Notes under the pieces: model-generated
What the model saw: only the letters and a program-made list of their open reading frames with translations
What the model was told of the DNA's origin: nothing
Database searches by the model: none
From: Candidatus Latescibacterota bacterium
GTDB lineage: Bacteria > Latescibacterota > UBA2968 > SICM01
NCBI GenBank assembly: GCA_965217865.1
Contig: CBDCJO010000001.1
Location: 1 to 64,000, forward strand
Direction of reading: 5' to 3'
DNA: 64,000 bases
Part shown: positions 28,094 through 39,215 of the stretch, piece by piece
How positions within the stretch are numbered: position 1 is the first letter of the stretch
Layout of the letters: every line of letters starts with the position of its first letter
Program-made: the position numbers and the translations under genes

Positions 28094-29617
28094 TTACTTG
28101 AACGACTCCAACAATGATGCAATTGCTTCATCGATCCTCTTTTTGTTCTCGTCGCTGAATTCCTTCGTCTCCGCGATCTCCCTGAGAAGTTCGGGCATCT
28201 GAGACCTGACTTTCTCCAAAAGCTCGTCTTCAAAATCCCGGATCCGGTCCAGGGCGGTCTCGTCGAGCAAACCCTGGTTCCCGGCATAGATGACGATGAT
28301 CTGCTCTGCCACGGGCATTGGGGCATACTGATCCTGTTTCAACAACTCCACCAGGCGCTGCCCCCGAGTGAGCATCCGCTGGGTCGCCCGATCCAGATCC
28401 GACCCGAACTGGGCGAATGCGGCTACCTCTCGATAACGGGCGAGATCCAGCCTCAGCGTTCCGGCCACCTGCTTGTCCTTCATGGCACGGATCTGAGCCT
28501 TGCCCCCCACGCGAGAAACCGAGAGCCCAACGTTAACCGCGGGCCTTATGCCGGCGTAGAAAAGATCACCCTCCATGAAGATCTGACCATCTGTGATCGA
28601 TATGACGTTCGTGGGGATATAGGTGGAGAGGTCCCCCTCTTGCGTCTCGATAATAGGCAGGGCCGTCAAAGACCCGGCGCCAAGGTCGTCGCTCAGTTTG
28701 GCGGCCCGCTCGAGCAGTCGGGAATGGAGGTAGAAAACGTCTCCGGGGTAAGCCTCTCGGCCGGGAGGACGCCGCATTAACAGGGACACCTGTCGATAAG
28801 CCCACGCGTGCTTTGAAAGGTCATCGTAGATGATCAGGGCGTGTTTCCCGTTGTCCCGGAAATACTCCCCAATTGTCGCCCCTGAATAGGGCGCCAGGTA
28901 TTGAAGCGGTGCGGGCTCCGAGGCCGAGGATGACACGATCGTCGTGTAATCCATCGCCCCCGCATCGGTGAGGGTCTTTTCCACCTTTGCCACGGTCGAT
29001 GCCTTCTGGCCGATGGCCACGTAGATGCAGAAGACATCTCCCCCCTTTTGATTGATGATCGTGTCTATGGCGATCGCTGTCTTCCCCGTCTGGCGGTCCC
29101 CGATGATCAGTTCGCGCTGGCCCCTCCCGATGGGGTACATGCTGTCGATGACCTTCAACCCGGTCTGCAGAGGCTCTTTCACAGGCTGACGTTCAATCAC
29201 CCCAAGGGCCTTTCGCTCTACCGGAAACCGGCCCTTTCCCTGAATCTCACCCCGACCGTCGATCGCCTGTCCCAGCGGATTGACCACCCGGCCGAGGAGA
29301 CCCTCTCCAACCGGGACATCCATGACCCTCTGGGTTCGTTTGACCTGATCCCCTTCATTGATGTGGGTGTCCTCGCCAAACAGGATACACCCCACATTGT
29401 CCTCTTCCAGGTTGAAGGCCATGCCGAATACCCCGGATGAGAACTCCACCAGTTCCCCCGCCATCACGTTCGACAGACCGTGCACCCTGGCGATCCCGTC
29501 CCCCACCTGAAGCACGGTCCCCTGTTCGTAGACATCCACCTGACGGTCGAACTCCTCCAACTGACGTTTCAGGATGTCCGTAACCTCATCAGGCCTGATC
29601 ATCGCATCCATGGCCAT
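28094..29617 (-). CDS. atpA: ATP synthase alpha subunit
   Basis: [38 protein letters not shown]. Confidence 0.98.
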   Translation of the reverse strand: MAMDAMIRPDEVTDILKRQLEEFDRQVDVYEQGTVLQVGDGIARVHGLSNVMAGELVEFSSGVFGMAFNLEEDNVGCILFGEDTHINEGDQVKRTQRVMDVPVGEGLLGRVVNPLGQAIDGRGEIQGKGRFPVERKALGVIERQPVKEPLQTGLKVIDSMYPIGRGQRELIIGDRQTGKTAIAIDTIINQKGGDVFCIYVAIGQKASTVAKVEKTLTDAGAMDYTTIVSSSASEPAPLQYLAPYSGATIGEYFRDNGKHALIIYDDLSKHAWAYRQVSLLMRRPPGREAYPGDVFYLHSRLLERAAKLSDDLGAGSLTALPIIETQEGDLSTYIPTNVISITDGQIFMEGDLFYAGIRPAVNVGLSVSRVGGKAQIRAMKDKQVAGTLRLDLARYREVAAFAQFGSDLDRATQRMLTRGQRLVELLKQDQYAPMPVAEQIIVIYAGNQGLLDETALDRIRDFEDELLEKVRSQMPELLREIAETKEFSDENKKRIDEAIASLLESFK

Positions 29618-29639
29618 TTCGGAACACCTCTCTCTTGTG

Positions 29640-30179
29640 TTATATGCCCATCATCCGGGTCTTCAACAGCTTCAACTGCGTCTCGATTGTCCCATCAAAA
29701 ACCAAGTCCCCCATCCGGGCGATGAAACCCGCGCGAATCTGCGGGGACACCTCTATCTTCAATCGGATCTTCCGGTTTAAGTAGGTCGAAAATTTTGAAA
29801 CCATCAACGCCTCCTGGTCGGGAGTGACCGGCCGGGAGGAGGTGACCTCCGCCGTGACCACACCTTCCCGCTCATCCAGATAAACGTTGAATTGTTCAAG
29901 GATTTCTTCGGTGACGCGTTCCCGCCTCCGGTCGACGAGCAGGAGAAGGAAGTTAAGCATCAGGGGAGCCACCCGTCCCTTGAACATGGTCGTGATCACC
30001 TCTCGCTTGGCAATCGGATGGATCATCGGGCTTTGAAGCAATCCCTTAAAGTCATCCGAGCTGTCGATCAGGTCGATCACCTGAGCCACGTCACGGGTGA
30101 TCTGGTCCAGGATTCCCTGGGATTCGGCGGAACCCAGGAGGGCCTTGGAATACCTTTGGGCGACCGCAGTTCCTCTCAC
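29640..30179 (-). CDS. atpH: ATP synthase delta subunit
   Basis: [30 protein letters not shown]; operon position. Confidence 0.93.
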   Translation of the reverse strand: MRGTAVAQRYSKALLGSAESQGILDQITRDVAQVIDLIDSSDDFKGLLQSPMIHPIAKREVITTMFKGRVAPLMLNFLLLLVDRRRERVTEEILEQFNVYLDEREGVVTAEVTSSRPVTPDQEALMVSKFSTYLNRKIRLKIEVSPQIRAGFIARMGDLVFDGTIETQLKLLKTRMMGI

Positions 30180-30198
30180 GTCATCCTTTCAGCGAAGA

Positions 30199-30696
30199 TC
30201 AATTTTGATTGGACTCCGGAAGACGCCGGATGAAGTCATCGACGATCTTCCGATTTCTGGAATCGTCCATATTCTCATCCAGAATTTTGCTCGCAGCTGC
30301 AATGGCCAGGTCACCGACCGTCTGTCTGAGCTCCTGGAGGGCCCTTTCCTTTTCGTTTTGAATCTCTGCCTTTGCGTTGTCCAGGAGTTGCGAGGCTTCG
30401 CGGCGGGAAGCCGACACGATCTCCTCCCGTTCGGTGTGTGCCCGCTCCGTGGCCTTCCGGATCGTCGCCTGACCCTCCACCTCTGCTTTCGAAAGGGTCT
30501 CCTTGTACTCAACCAGCGTTCGTTCGGCGTCGTGCTTTGCCCGCTCCGCGCCGGAAAGGGCATCACGGATGCGTTTCTCCCGTTCGTCCAGCATCGACAG
30601 CAACGGTTTCCAGACGAACATCCTGAGTACGACGAGCAGTACCAGGAAGGTGATGACGGTCCAGATCATCAGACCGGGTTCTATTTTTAACAACAT
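30199..30696 (-). CDS. atpF: ATP synthase b subunit
   Basis: N-terminal TM, WKPLLSMLDERE, coiled coil; operon position. Confidence 0.95.
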   Translation of the reverse strand: MLLKIEPGLMIWTVITFLVLLVVLRMFVWKPLLSMLDEREKRIRDALSGAERAKHDAERTLVEYKETLSKAEVEGQATIRKATERAHTEREEIVSASRREASQLLDNAKAEIQNEKERALQELRQTVGDLAIAAASKILDENMDDSRNRKIVDDFIRRLPESNQN

Positions 30697-30732
30697 GGCC
30701 TATCCTTCCGAATCGGCGATGGGACAAACGGC

Positions 30733-30957
30733 TTATTTGAGTGCCAGCAGGATACAGACGACCTGTCCGAACAGGGCGATTCCTTCGATCAACGCCGAAG
30801 CGATGATCATCGAAGTCCGTATATCTCCCGTGGCTTCGGGTTGTCTCGCTGTCCCATCCATCGCCATGGATGCGATCCGGCCGATGCCGATCCCCGCCCC
30901 GATCGTGACAAGGCCCGCGCCTATACCCGCTGCGAGATGCGCTAGATTAAGATCCAT
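30733..30957 (-). CDS. atpE: ATP synthase c subunit
   Basis: GxGxGxG, ARQPE, ALIEG. Confidence 0.97.
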   Translation of the reverse strand: MDLNLAHLAAGIGAGLVTIGAGIGIGRIASMAMDGTARQPEATGDIRTSMIIASALIEGIALFGQVVCILLALK

Positions 30958-31016
30958 TTTAACCTTCCTCCCTTTGGTTGATTGACGACGTGGCCACGCT
31001 CAAAACACGCAGCTTG

Positions 31017-31287
31017 TTCGTGATTCGTGATTCGTGATTCGTGATTCGTGATTCGTGATTCGTGATTCGTGATTCGTGATTCGTGATTCGTGATTCGTGA
31101 TTCGTGATTCGTGATTCGTGATTCGTGATTCGTGATTCGTGATTCGTGATTCGTGATTCGTGATTCGTGATTCGTGATTCGTGATTCGTGATTCGTGATT
31201 CGTGATTCGTGATTCGTGATTCGTGATTCGTGATTCGTGATTCGTGATTCGTGATTCGTGATTCGTGATTCGTGATTCGTGATTCGT
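31017..31287. repeat. Perfect heptamer tandem array (TTCGTGA)x38 plus TTCGT
   Basis: 31017-31282 is 266 nt, i.e. 38 identical units, between atpB and atpE. Confidence 0.97.
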
Positions 31288-31381
31288 TAATGATCGATGC
31301 GAATTAATGGATGAATTGTCAAAGTTTTTTTCTGGTTTTCCGATCCACGAACCACGATCCACAGGTTTTCTGATCCCCGAC

Positions 31382-32215
31382 TTAATGCTCCTGATGCACC
31401 GCCATGCCGATGAAAACCGCCGACAACATCGTGAAAATGTAGGCCTGCAAGAAAGCCACGAAAAGCTCCAGCAGACTGACCGCAACGGCGAAGGCCACCG
31501 AAACGGGTGCGATCAACAGGGTATTAAGTATGAAAATCAAACCGATGACCGAGAGGATGATGATGTGGCCCGCCGTCATGTTGGCAAACAACCGGATGCA
31601 GAGAGCAAAGGGCTTGGTGAGAAGGCTCACGATCTCAATCGGGATCATGATCGGCAACAGAGGCCACGGAAGCCCGTGGGGTATCAGACCCTTGAAATAA
31701 CCGAAAAATCCGTTTTGCATAATCCCACCGATCTGGATCGTAAGGAAGGCGCAGAGGGCCAACCCTGCTGTCACGTTGATGTTCCCCGTGGCCGCGGCCC
31801 CGAAAGGGATCATCCCCAGAAGATTGCAGGCCAGGATGAAAAAGAAAACGGTTAATAGGAAAGGAAGGAACGGGCGGGCGTTCTGTGCACCGATGTTCGG
31901 GATGGCGATCTCGTCCCGGATGAAGGTCACAACGGATTCCAGCGCATTGGCCAGTCCTTTGGGAACCATGTCGGACTTGCGATGGCGCCTCAGCTTCAAT
32001 AACAACATGAAAACGACCAGGGCGGCTACCCACATCATCACGACGTGTTTTGAGATGGACATGTCCACACCGAGGACTTTCCACGCCTCCCCGTGAGGCA
32101 GAGGGATGTGAAGACCGAACGGGAGATGGAGCTCATATGAGTCGATAACGTGCTCGATGATAAACCCGCTGCCCTCGCCGTTCTGCGCCGCACCGGATTC
32201 AACCGGTTCTGACAT
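31382..32215 (-). CDS. atpB: ATP synthase a subunit
   Basis: NLLGMIP, RLFANMTAGH, ELFVAFLQAYIF. Confidence 0.97.
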   Translation of the reverse strand: MSEPVESGAAQNGEGSGFIIEHVIDSYELHLPFGLHIPLPHGEAWKVLGVDMSISKHVVMMWVAALVVFMLLLKLRRHRKSDMVPKGLANALESVVTFIRDEIAIPNIGAQNARPFLPFLLTVFFFILACNLLGMIPFGAAATGNINVTAGLALCAFLTIQIGGIMQNGFFGYFKGLIPHGLPWPLLPIMIPIEIVSLLTKPFALCIRLFANMTAGHIIILSVIGLIFILNTLLIAPVSVAFAVAVSLLELFVAFLQAYIFTMLSAVFIGMAVHQEH

Positions 32216-32224
32216 CCAGACCTC

Positions 32225-32623
32225 CTACTTTTCCTGATGATGAGCCGGCAGCCGCTTGACCAAAAAAATGACCTCCATAACTTGAAAGACCACATAAAAC
32301 CCGAATAGCCCCCAGATGAATCCCGATACGTGTATATCGGTGTATTTGATCAACACGAACACCGATATTCCGATCAGGGCCATGCGAAGGCCCATGCTCC
32401 CGAACACCGTCTGGAAAAAGGTCGTCCGGGATCGATTGAACGCCCACGTGATGGTCGTGCACCCCGCGACAACGTTGAGGACCGCCAGGGCGGAACCTGC
32501 GGCAAGACCCCAGATCAACCTCTGGGACCCGTAGGTGACAAGGGGATAAGCTGCGATCAGGCACGTCCCGATCAGCACGAACCCCACCTGCCAGGCGAAC
32601 CCGCCGATTCCTATGTCACTCAT
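32225..32623 (-). CDS. ATP synthase subunit I-like membrane protein
   Basis: Four TM helices starting MSDIGIGG; overlaps the atpZ stop; directly upstream of atpB. Confidence 0.7.
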   Translation of the reverse strand: MSDIGIGGFAWQVGFVLIGTCLIAAYPLVTYGSQRLIWGLAAGSALAVLNVVAGCTTITWAFNRSRTTFFQTVFGSMGLRMALIGISVFVLIKYTDIHVSGFIWGLFGFYVVFQVMEVIFLVKRLPAHHQEK

Positions 32624-32886
32624 GTCTTTTGTTCCGAATCCTTTTCCTTGTGTTCTTTTTCCTGCAGGCCAACGACCGTTCTGTAGAGATTGTAAAAGCC
32701 GGCTGCCATACCGAAAAATGCCCCTACCAGCATAAACGCCGGTGAGGTGTCCCATTGCCTGTCGATCCACCACCCGATCCCCAGGCAAATAAGAATCGCC
32801 GCTGTGAACTCAACTCCGATTCCAAGATACCTCCCGATCTCCCGGTAACCGGCACCCCGGCCTTGCCTTTCCTCTTCGCGTTTCAC
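32620..32886 (-). CDS. AtpZ/AtpI family protein
   Basis: GIGWWIDRQWDTSPAFMLVG..GFYNLYR. Confidence 0.85.
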   Translation of the reverse strand: MKREEERQGRGAGYREIGRYLGIGVEFTAAILICLGIGWWIDRQWDTSPAFMLVGAFFGMAAGFYNLYRTVVGLQEKEHKEKDSEQKT

Positions 32887-32905
32887 ATTTCAGGCCCGCC
32901 AAATA

Positions 32906-33035
32906 TTCATTGGATATCGAATATCGGGAAATTGAATATTGGAAAAACCCATGACTTTCTTGTGGCCTTATGGATCTCTTTGATCTTCAATCTCCTCGGG
33001 CTCCGATCTTCAATTTTCAATCAATCAATCTTCAA
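32906..33035. repeat. Intergenic composite repeat, copy 4
   Basis: TTCATTGGATATCGAATATCGGGAAATTGAATATT..GACTTTCTTG..GGATCTCTTTGATCTTCAATC. Confidence 0.85.
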
Positions 33036-34487
33036 TTACATCATCACCGATGCAACTGTCTCTCTTGCCCGGTCCAGGGACCAGGACGGAAATATGCCGA
33101 TCGTGAGCGTAGCGATCGCAGAGATACCCGTGGCACACGCGGCCAGCGGGGTCACGATCACAGGTTGGGCATCTTCCGCGGGGTCTTTCATGTACATATT
33201 GACGACAACCCCCACGTAGAAATAGACGGAAACCAAACTGTTGAGCACCCCGATAACCGCCAGGCTGATGAATCCCGCTTTGACCGCGGCCCCGAAGATG
33301 TAGAACTTGCCCAGGAATCCCGCGGTCGGCGGAAAACCTGCGAGCGACAACATGAACACGGCCATCGCCAGGGCAAGCGCGGGGTTTCGGTAGGCCAGGC
33401 CGTTGTAATCGCGAAGATCCATCCCCACATCCCCCCGACCGCTCACCAGGATGACCACCGCGAACGCGCCGATGTTCATAAAGGTATAGGCGAACAGGTA
33501 GAACATCGCGCCTGAAATACCCTGGTCGTTCATCGCCGTCAAAGCGACCAGTATGTAACCCGCGTGTGCGATGCCGGAGTAGGCCAGCATCCGTTTGATA
33601 CTGTGCTGGGAGATGGCCGCCAGATTTCCAACGGTCATCGTCAAAACGGCCAGAACCCAGAGCGCAGCCGACCACTCCGTACGGAGTGGGTCCAGGTCGA
33701 AGGTGGTGAAGAGCATTCGTAGAAGCGCTGCAAACCCGGCAGCCTTTGGACCCGCAGAGAGGAACGCCGTGATGGCTGTCGGCGCACCCTCATAGACATC
33801 AGGCACCCACATGTGGAAAGGAACCGCGGCGACCTTGAATCCCAAACCCACCAGGAGGAGCCCGAGCCCAGCCAGAAGCATCGGTAGATGATCGATCGGT
33901 TGTCTTGAAAGAACCTCACTTATCTGATTGAGGTTCGTCGTGCCGACAGCACCGTAAATCAGCGCGATTCCATAAAGGAGAAACCCGGTAGCGAAAGCAC
34001 CCAGAAGCAGATATTTCAGGGAGGACTCATTCGATTCGGAACGGCCGTGAAAAAACCCGACAAGTACATAGAGCGACAACGACAGCAGCTCCAACCCCAG
34101 GAATATGATGAGCAGATCGACCCCGGAGGCCATCAGCATCATCCCGAGGGTCGCACACAGGATCAAGAAGTAATAGTCGCTCCTGCCGGATTCCTCCCTT
34201 CTCAGGTATCCCGTAGAGATGAAGACAGTAAGTCCCGTGCCGATCAGAAATATGATCTTTGAGAAGACGGCGAACTTGTCCAGGACCACCATATCGTTGA
34301 ATGCGAGGTCCCGGCCGCCCCACTGCTGGCAAACGGTCCAGAGCGCGGCCCCGGTGCCGATGATCGTGATCCAGGCCGCAACTGTCCCCCTGCTTTGCGG
34401 GGACACAATATCGACCAGAAGTACGAGCAACGCCACCGATGTGATGATCAACTCGGGGGCGATCACCGCCCATTCCAGCTCAGGCAA
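33036..34487 (-). CDS. nuoN: NADH-quinone oxidoreductase subunit N
   Basis: ESSLKYLLLG, FKVAAVPFHMWVPDVYEGAP, KRMLAYSGIAHAGY. Confidence 0.95.
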   Translation of the reverse strand: MPELEWAVIAPELIITSVALLVLLVDIVSPQSRGTVAAWITIIGTGAALWTVCQQWGGRDLAFNDMVVLDKFAVFSKIIFLIGTGLTVFISTGYLRREESGRSDYYFLILCATLGMMLMASGVDLLIIFLGLELLSLSLYVLVGFFHGRSESNESSLKYLLLGAFATGFLLYGIALIYGAVGTTNLNQISEVLSRQPIDHLPMLLAGLGLLLVGLGFKVAAVPFHMWVPDVYEGAPTAITAFLSAGPKAAGFAALLRMLFTTFDLDPLRTEWSAALWVLAVLTMTVGNLAAISQHSIKRMLAYSGIAHAGYILVALTAMNDQGISGAMFYLFAYTFMNIGAFAVVILVSGRGDVGMDLRDYNGLAYRNPALALAMAVFMLSLAGFPPTAGFLGKFYIFGAAVKAGFISLAVIGVLNSLVSVYFYVGVVVNMYMKDPAEDAQPVIVTPLAACATGISAIATLTIGIFPSWSLDRARETVASVMM

Positions 34488-34555
34488 GGGATTCTCCGGA
34501 TATCCGATGACAAATTACAAAATGTTGGACGCCAGATGCAATCATAAAATCCGTT

Positions 34556-36097
34556 TCAATCACCGGGAACAAAGATCTTATTTGAAGAGTAGGACGGCCT
34601 TACTCCTGTCTCTTCCAGGACCACCCTCCTCTCCGCTTCGACCCGTTGGAGCACACGGCTCACTGACGGCTCCATTTTATTCAGAAATGCGTTTGGATAG
34701 ACCCCGATCCAGATCATCCCGGCGACGATCGGGATGAGAATAGCCACCTCCCGGACCGAAAGGTCCTTCAATCTCCTGTTCTCATCGTGTTTAACCTCTC
34801 CGAAAACCACGCGCTGGTATACCCAGAGCATGTAGACCGCGGCAATGATCACGCCCGTCGCGGCAATCGTCCCATAAATCCAATTCCTGTGGAAGGCCCC
34901 CACCAGGATCAGGAACTCCCCGATGAAACCGTTCAATCCGGGAAGACCGATAGATGAGAACATCACGATCATAAAAAAGGCAGAAAAGAGAGGGAGGATC
35001 TTCGCGAGCCCGCCGAAGTCTTCGATCTCCCGGGTATGCCTCCTTTCGTAAATCATCCCCACAAGCAAGAACAGCGCCCCCGTGCTCAGGCCGTGGTTCA
35101 CCATCTGGAGGATTGCCCCGTTGACGCCTTGAGCGTTCAGCGCAAATATCCCCAGGACGACAAATCCGAGATGGCTGACGCTCGAATAGGCCACAAGCTT
35201 TTTGATGTCCCGCTGCATCATGGAGACCAAGGCCCCGTAAACGATCCCGACCAAGGCGAGGGCCGAAATCATCGGAAGAAAATGATTCGTTGCGTACGGA
35301 AAAAGCGGAAGACAAAACCGAATCAAACCATAGGTCCCCATCTTGAGGAGCACCCCGGCAAGGATGACACTCCCAGCCGTAGGGGCCTCCACGTGAGCAT
35401 CGGGCAGCCAGGTGTGGACAGGAAAAAGAGGCACCTTGATCGCGAAACTCACAAAAAATGCCAGAAACAACCAAATCTGGAGCTCCCGGGGAAGCGATGA
35501 CTTCAAGATCGTCAGAAATTCGAAAGTTTCCGCTCCCGTTTTGAAGTAGAGCACCAGGATGCCCACCAACATCAAGACCGAACCCGCCATCGTGAACAGC
35601 AAAAACTTAATCGCCGCGTAGATTCGGCGCTGCCCCCCCCATACCCCGATCAGGAGCGCCATCGGAATGAGCATCGCCTCCCAGAAAACGTAAAAAAGCA
35701 GAAGATCCAAGGCGCAAAACACCCCCAGCATCCCGCTCTCCAGAAACAGCACAACGGCCATGAACTCCCTCACCCGCGACGTAATCGCATTCCACGACGC
35801 CAGGATCGACAACGCTGTCAGGAATGTTGTGATCAGCACCAAAATCAGACTGATCCCGTCGATCCCCAGGGAATAGCTCGCCCCGATGCTCTCGATCCAT
35901 GGAACACGCTCCGTAAATTGCATCTTCGCGGTGTTTTCCTCGAACCCCGTGAAGAGCTGAATCGATAGGAGAAATTCACCGATCGACACGAACAGGGCAA
36001 ACCCCCTACAGAAACCCTCCCGTCCTCGGCCAAGGGCCATGATGATCAGTGCCCCGGTGACCGGGAGGAAGATGAGATATGTCAGAATATTGTTCAT
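34556..36097 (-). CDS. nuoM: NADH-quinone oxidoreductase subunit M
   Basis: [40 protein letters not shown]. Confidence 0.97.
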   Translation of the reverse strand: MNNILTYLIFLPVTGALIIMALGRGREGFCRGFALFVSIGEFLLSIQLFTGFEENTAKMQFTERVPWIESIGASYSLGIDGISLILVLITTFLTALSILASWNAITSRVREFMAVVLFLESGMLGVFCALDLLLFYVFWEAMLIPMALLIGVWGGQRRIYAAIKFLLFTMAGSVLMLVGILVLYFKTGAETFEFLTILKSSLPRELQIWLFLAFFVSFAIKVPLFPVHTWLPDAHVEAPTAGSVILAGVLLKMGTYGLIRFCLPLFPYATNHFLPMISALALVGIVYGALVSMMQRDIKKLVAYSSVSHLGFVVLGIFALNAQGVNGAILQMVNHGLSTGALFLLVGMIYERRHTREIEDFGGLAKILPLFSAFFMIVMFSSIGLPGLNGFIGEFLILVGAFHRNWIYGTIAATGVIIAAVYMLWVYQRVVFGEVKHDENRRLKDLSVREVAILIPIVAGMIWIGVYPNAFLNKMEPSVSRVLQRVEAERRVVLEETGVRPSYSSNKIFVPGD

Positions 36098-36113
36098 AAG
36101 AGGAAGGAAAACA

Positions 36114-36195
36114 GGAGTCAGAATTCAGAATACAGAAGCAATTTGATTTTGATCTTCTTCTTTATTCTATATTCTGTATTCTGGTTTGTATTCTA
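36114..36195. repeat. Inverted heptamer arms (CAGAATT/A ... TATTCTG)
   Basis: GTCAGAATTCAGAATACAGAA ... TATTCTATATTCTGTATTCTG; same family at 44091-44218 and 54205-54262/55351-55386. Confidence 0.75.
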
Positions 36196-38097
36196 TCGAA
36201 TGATATAGTAAAGCATCACAACAGCTCCAACAACCATCGACGTGGCATAAACGGGAGTCTTTCCGGTCTGGACCCGGCTGACGATCCAGCTCACCGCCTT
36301 AACGAACATTCCGGTGAGATTCACAAGCCCGTCCACGATCAGCGAATCGAGTACATCCCAGAGAAAATTCGCAAACCGCTTCAGGGGCTGAACGATGAGG
36401 GCATCGTAAATTTCATCCACATAATACTTTTGGACCAATAACCGGTGAAGCCCCCCCGCGCTATGGGACGCCCTTTCCTTGGTGAAGGGTTTGGCGATGT
36501 ACATGCGCCACGCCAGGAAGATGCCCCCGGCGGCCACCAGGGTCGACAGGGCCATCAAGCCGAGCCGACTTCCACCTGTCGCTTCGTGGGCAACTGTATT
36601 CGGAACGATGGACCGGCCCAGGAAGGAAAAGATGCCCCCGTGCTCGCTAACCCCGACCCACCCGGCCGCAACGGACCCCACGGCAAGGACGATCAGAGGA
36701 ATGGTCATCGATGGGGGTGCCTCGTGGACGTGATGTTCCACCGATGGATCAACTCGCGAGACCCCGTAAAGCGCGACGAATATCAGCCGGAACATATAGA
36801 AAGCCGTCATGAAAGCCGTAATCATTCCCAGTGCCCAGATCCCATAATGGCCGCCGTGGAAAGCGGCATCCAGGATGGCGTCCTTGCTCCAGAAGCCGGC
36901 AAGAGGTGGAACGCCGGCAATCGCAATCGCCCCGATCAGAAACGTCCAGGACGTGATCGGCATGTATTTTTTCAGACCGCCCATCTTCCGCATGTCCAGC
37001 TCCCCCGACATGGCGTGCATCACACTCCCGGCGGTCAGGAACAGCAGCCCTTTGAAGAACGCGTGGGTCATCAGGTGGAAGATCCCGACGGCATAGGCAC
37101 CCACTCCGGCACCTATGAACATGAAACCGAGCTGGCTCACCGTTGAGTAGGCCAGGACCCTTTTAATGTCGTTGGTCACCATGGCAATCGAGGCCGCGAA
37201 GAATGCCGTGATGACCCCGACTCCCGCCACGACGGCCGCAGCCATCGGCGCCAGGTCGAAAAGGACATAGCATCGAGCGACCATGTAGACCCCCGCCGTC
37301 ACCATCGTCGCTGCGTGGATCAATGAAGAGACGGGCGTTGGGCCCTCCATCGCGTCTGGAAGCCAAACGTAAAGCGGAAATTGCGCCGATTTTCCCACCG
37401 CTCCTGCAAACAGCAGCAGCGCGATGGCCGTGATCGTGATTTCTGGAAGGTTGTGAGCATCCTGGAAAACAGGCGCGAAGTCCAGCGTTCCCAAGTGCTT
37501 GAAGATCAGGAAGAGGGCGATAAGAAATCCGAAATCCCCTATCCTGTTGACCACGAAGGCCTTTTTTCCCGCATCGGACGCGGACTTTTTTTCGTACCAG
37601 AACCCGATCAGAAGATAGGAGCAGAGCCCCACCGCTTCCCAGCCTACGAACATCTGAACAAAGTTGTTAGCGAGAACGAGGACAAGCATCGAAAAAACGA
37701 ACAGGTTCAGATACGCGAAGTATCGGGAGTATCCCGGGTCGCCGTGCATGTACCCGATGGAATAAATGTGGACGAGGAACGATACGGTTGTCACGACCAG
37801 GAGCATGACAGAGGACAGTTCGTCCACCTGAAATCCCACCGAGATATTCAGGTCGCCCACTGAAATCCACGAGTACAATCTGTGTGGAACATCCACCCCC
37901 AGGGTCTCACCCTTCAACACGTTCCGAAAAACCAGGATGGCCAAAATCCAGGAGGCCCCAACAGCGGAGCAGGCGATCCAATGGACACCCCGGCCGAGCT
38001 TTCGGCCGAAAAAACCGTTCAGGGCAGCCCCTGCCAGGGGACAGATCAGAATCCAGAGAACGCAGGATTCAATCAGGTTTGGGCTCGACGGGTTCAA
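36193..38097 (-). CDS. nuoL: NADH-quinone oxidoreductase subunit L
   Basis: GWEAVGLCSYLLIGFW, GKSAQFPLYVWLPDAMEGPTPVS, HAFFK. Confidence 0.97.
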   Translation of the reverse strand: MNPSSPNLIESCVLWILICPLAGAALNGFFGRKLGRGVHWIACSAVGASWILAILVFRNVLKGETLGVDVPHRLYSWISVGDLNISVGFQVDELSSVMLLVVTTVSFLVHIYSIGYMHGDPGYSRYFAYLNLFVFSMLVLVLANNFVQMFVGWEAVGLCSYLLIGFWYEKKSASDAGKKAFVVNRIGDFGFLIALFLIFKHLGTLDFAPVFQDAHNLPEITITAIALLLFAGAVGKSAQFPLYVWLPDAMEGPTPVSSLIHAATMVTAGVYMVARCYVLFDLAPMAAAVVAGVGVITAFFAASIAMVTNDIKRVLAYSTVSQLGFMFIGAGVGAYAVGIFHLMTHAFFKGLLFLTAGSVMHAMSGELDMRKMGGLKKYMPITSWTFLIGAIAIAGVPPLAGFWSKDAILDAAFHGGHYGIWALGMITAFMTAFYMFRLIFVALYGVSRVDPSVEHHVHEAPPSMTIPLIVLAVGSVAAGWVGVSEHGGIFSFLGRSIVPNTVAHEATGGSRLGLMALSTLVAAGGIFLAWRMYIAKPFTKERASHSAGGLHRLLVQKYYVDEIYDALIVQPLKRFANFLWDVLDSLIVDGLVNLTGMFVKAVSWIVSRVQTGKTPVYATSMVVGAVVMLYYIIR

Positions 38098-38198
38098 TAT
38101 TCCGGCTCCAAAGGTGCGACTCAGATCAGTTCTTGGTCACGTCTCCAAAAGGTGTCATCCTTAGCACTCGAGTCTCAGAGCCCGATGCGCGAAGAATT

Positions 38199-38501
38199 CT
38201 ACCACTTCAACAAATTGATCTCCCCGACATCGATCGTCTCCCGGTTTCTAAAAAGCGCAATGATGATCGCAAGACCCACGGCGACTTCTGCCGCGGCTAC
38301 GGTCATCACGAAGAAGACGAAAATCTGCCCGGAAGCCTGTCCGTAGTGATTCGCAAATGCCACAAATGACAGGTTGACTGCGTTCAGCATCAGCTCAACC
38401 GACATAAAAATCACGATCACGTTCCGCCGGGTGAGCACCCCGATCACCCCAATGACGAAAAGAATAGCGCTCAGAATATTATAATATCCGATGGGAACCA
38501 T
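38199..38501 (-). CDS. nuoK: NADH-quinone oxidoreductase subunit K
   Basis: [22 protein letters not shown]. Confidence 0.97.
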   Translation of the reverse strand: MVPIGYYNILSAILFVIGVIGVLTRRNVIVIFMSVELMLNAVNLSFVAFANHYGQASGQIFVFFVMTVAAAEVAVGLAIIIALFRNRETIDVGEINLLKW

Positions 38502-38507
38502 AAGGCG

Positions 38508-38630
38508 TCATTGACTATTGAATATCGAGAAATTGAATATTAGGAAAAACCAAGGACTTTCTTGTCGTCTTATTGACCTCGCTTCAATATTCTTCAATAT
38601 TCGATCTTCAATTTTCAATCTTCAATTTCC
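38508..38630. repeat. Intergenic composite repeat, copy 5
   Basis: TCATTGACTATTGAATATCGAGAAATTGAATATT..GGACTTTCTTG..(TTCAATA/C)n. Confidence 0.85.
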
Positions 38631-39154
38631 TCACCCGACCCCTGGCCTCTTTCCCGTTTCACAAGCACCACCACGCCGATGAGCGCAACCGTGAGGATGA
38701 CGGCAGCGATCTCGAAGGGAAGGAGATATACGGTGAACAATATCCTCCCAATCGACTCGGTATTCTCAGTCTGGAGGGTGGTGGGCTCGCGCGGTTCCGT
38801 ACTCTGGAGCCATCCGCCCGCACCGGCCACCGCCCCGATCTGGGACAGAAGCAAGACGACCAGAACAAGAACAAAGATCCACCGGAATCTGCCCACGGCC
38901 GCATCCATCAAATCTTTTCGACCCAGATTGAGGAGCATGATCACAAACAGAAACAGGATCATGATCGCCCCGGCATAGACGATCACCATCACAGCGGACA
39001 AAAAGTAGGCCTCCAGCAAAACGAAAAGCCCTGCCAGACAGAAGAAGGTCATTACCAATGACAGGGCGCTGTAGACCGGATTTCGAAAGAGCACGACCAA
39101 CACCGCCGACGACACGGCCAGGGCCGCGAAGACATAGAACATAACCACTGTCAT
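38615..39154 (-). CDS. nuoJ: NADH-quinone oxidoreductase subunit J
   Basis: NPVYSAL, VYAGAIMILFLFVIMLL, YLLPFE. Confidence 0.95.
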   Translation of the reverse strand: MTVVMFYVFAALAVSSAVLVVLFRNPVYSALSLVMTFFCLAGLFVLLEAYFLSAVMVIVYAGAIMILFLFVIMLLNLGRKDLMDAAVGRFRWIFVLVLVVLLLSQIGAVAGAGGWLQSTEPREPTTLQTENTESIGRILFTVYLLPFEIAAVILTVALIGVVVLVKRERGQGSGEEIED

Positions 39155-39215
39155 AATTCGCCCCAAACCAAAATCCCGTCAAGCGTATCTCGACGTCTGT
39201 TTAACGCTTCACGCT

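Noticed and set aside
30733-30957. Na+-translocating ATP synthase
   Set aside because: The c subunit has IEG and lacks the Q..ES/T Na+-binding signature, consistent with H+ coupling.
31017-31287. Possible CRISPR array
   Set aside because: Contiguous 7-mers without spacers, and no cas genes in the window.
31000-31485. 161-aa ORF with (NHESRIT)n
   Set aside because: It is a translation of the heptamer array and overlaps atpB, with no independent coding evidence.
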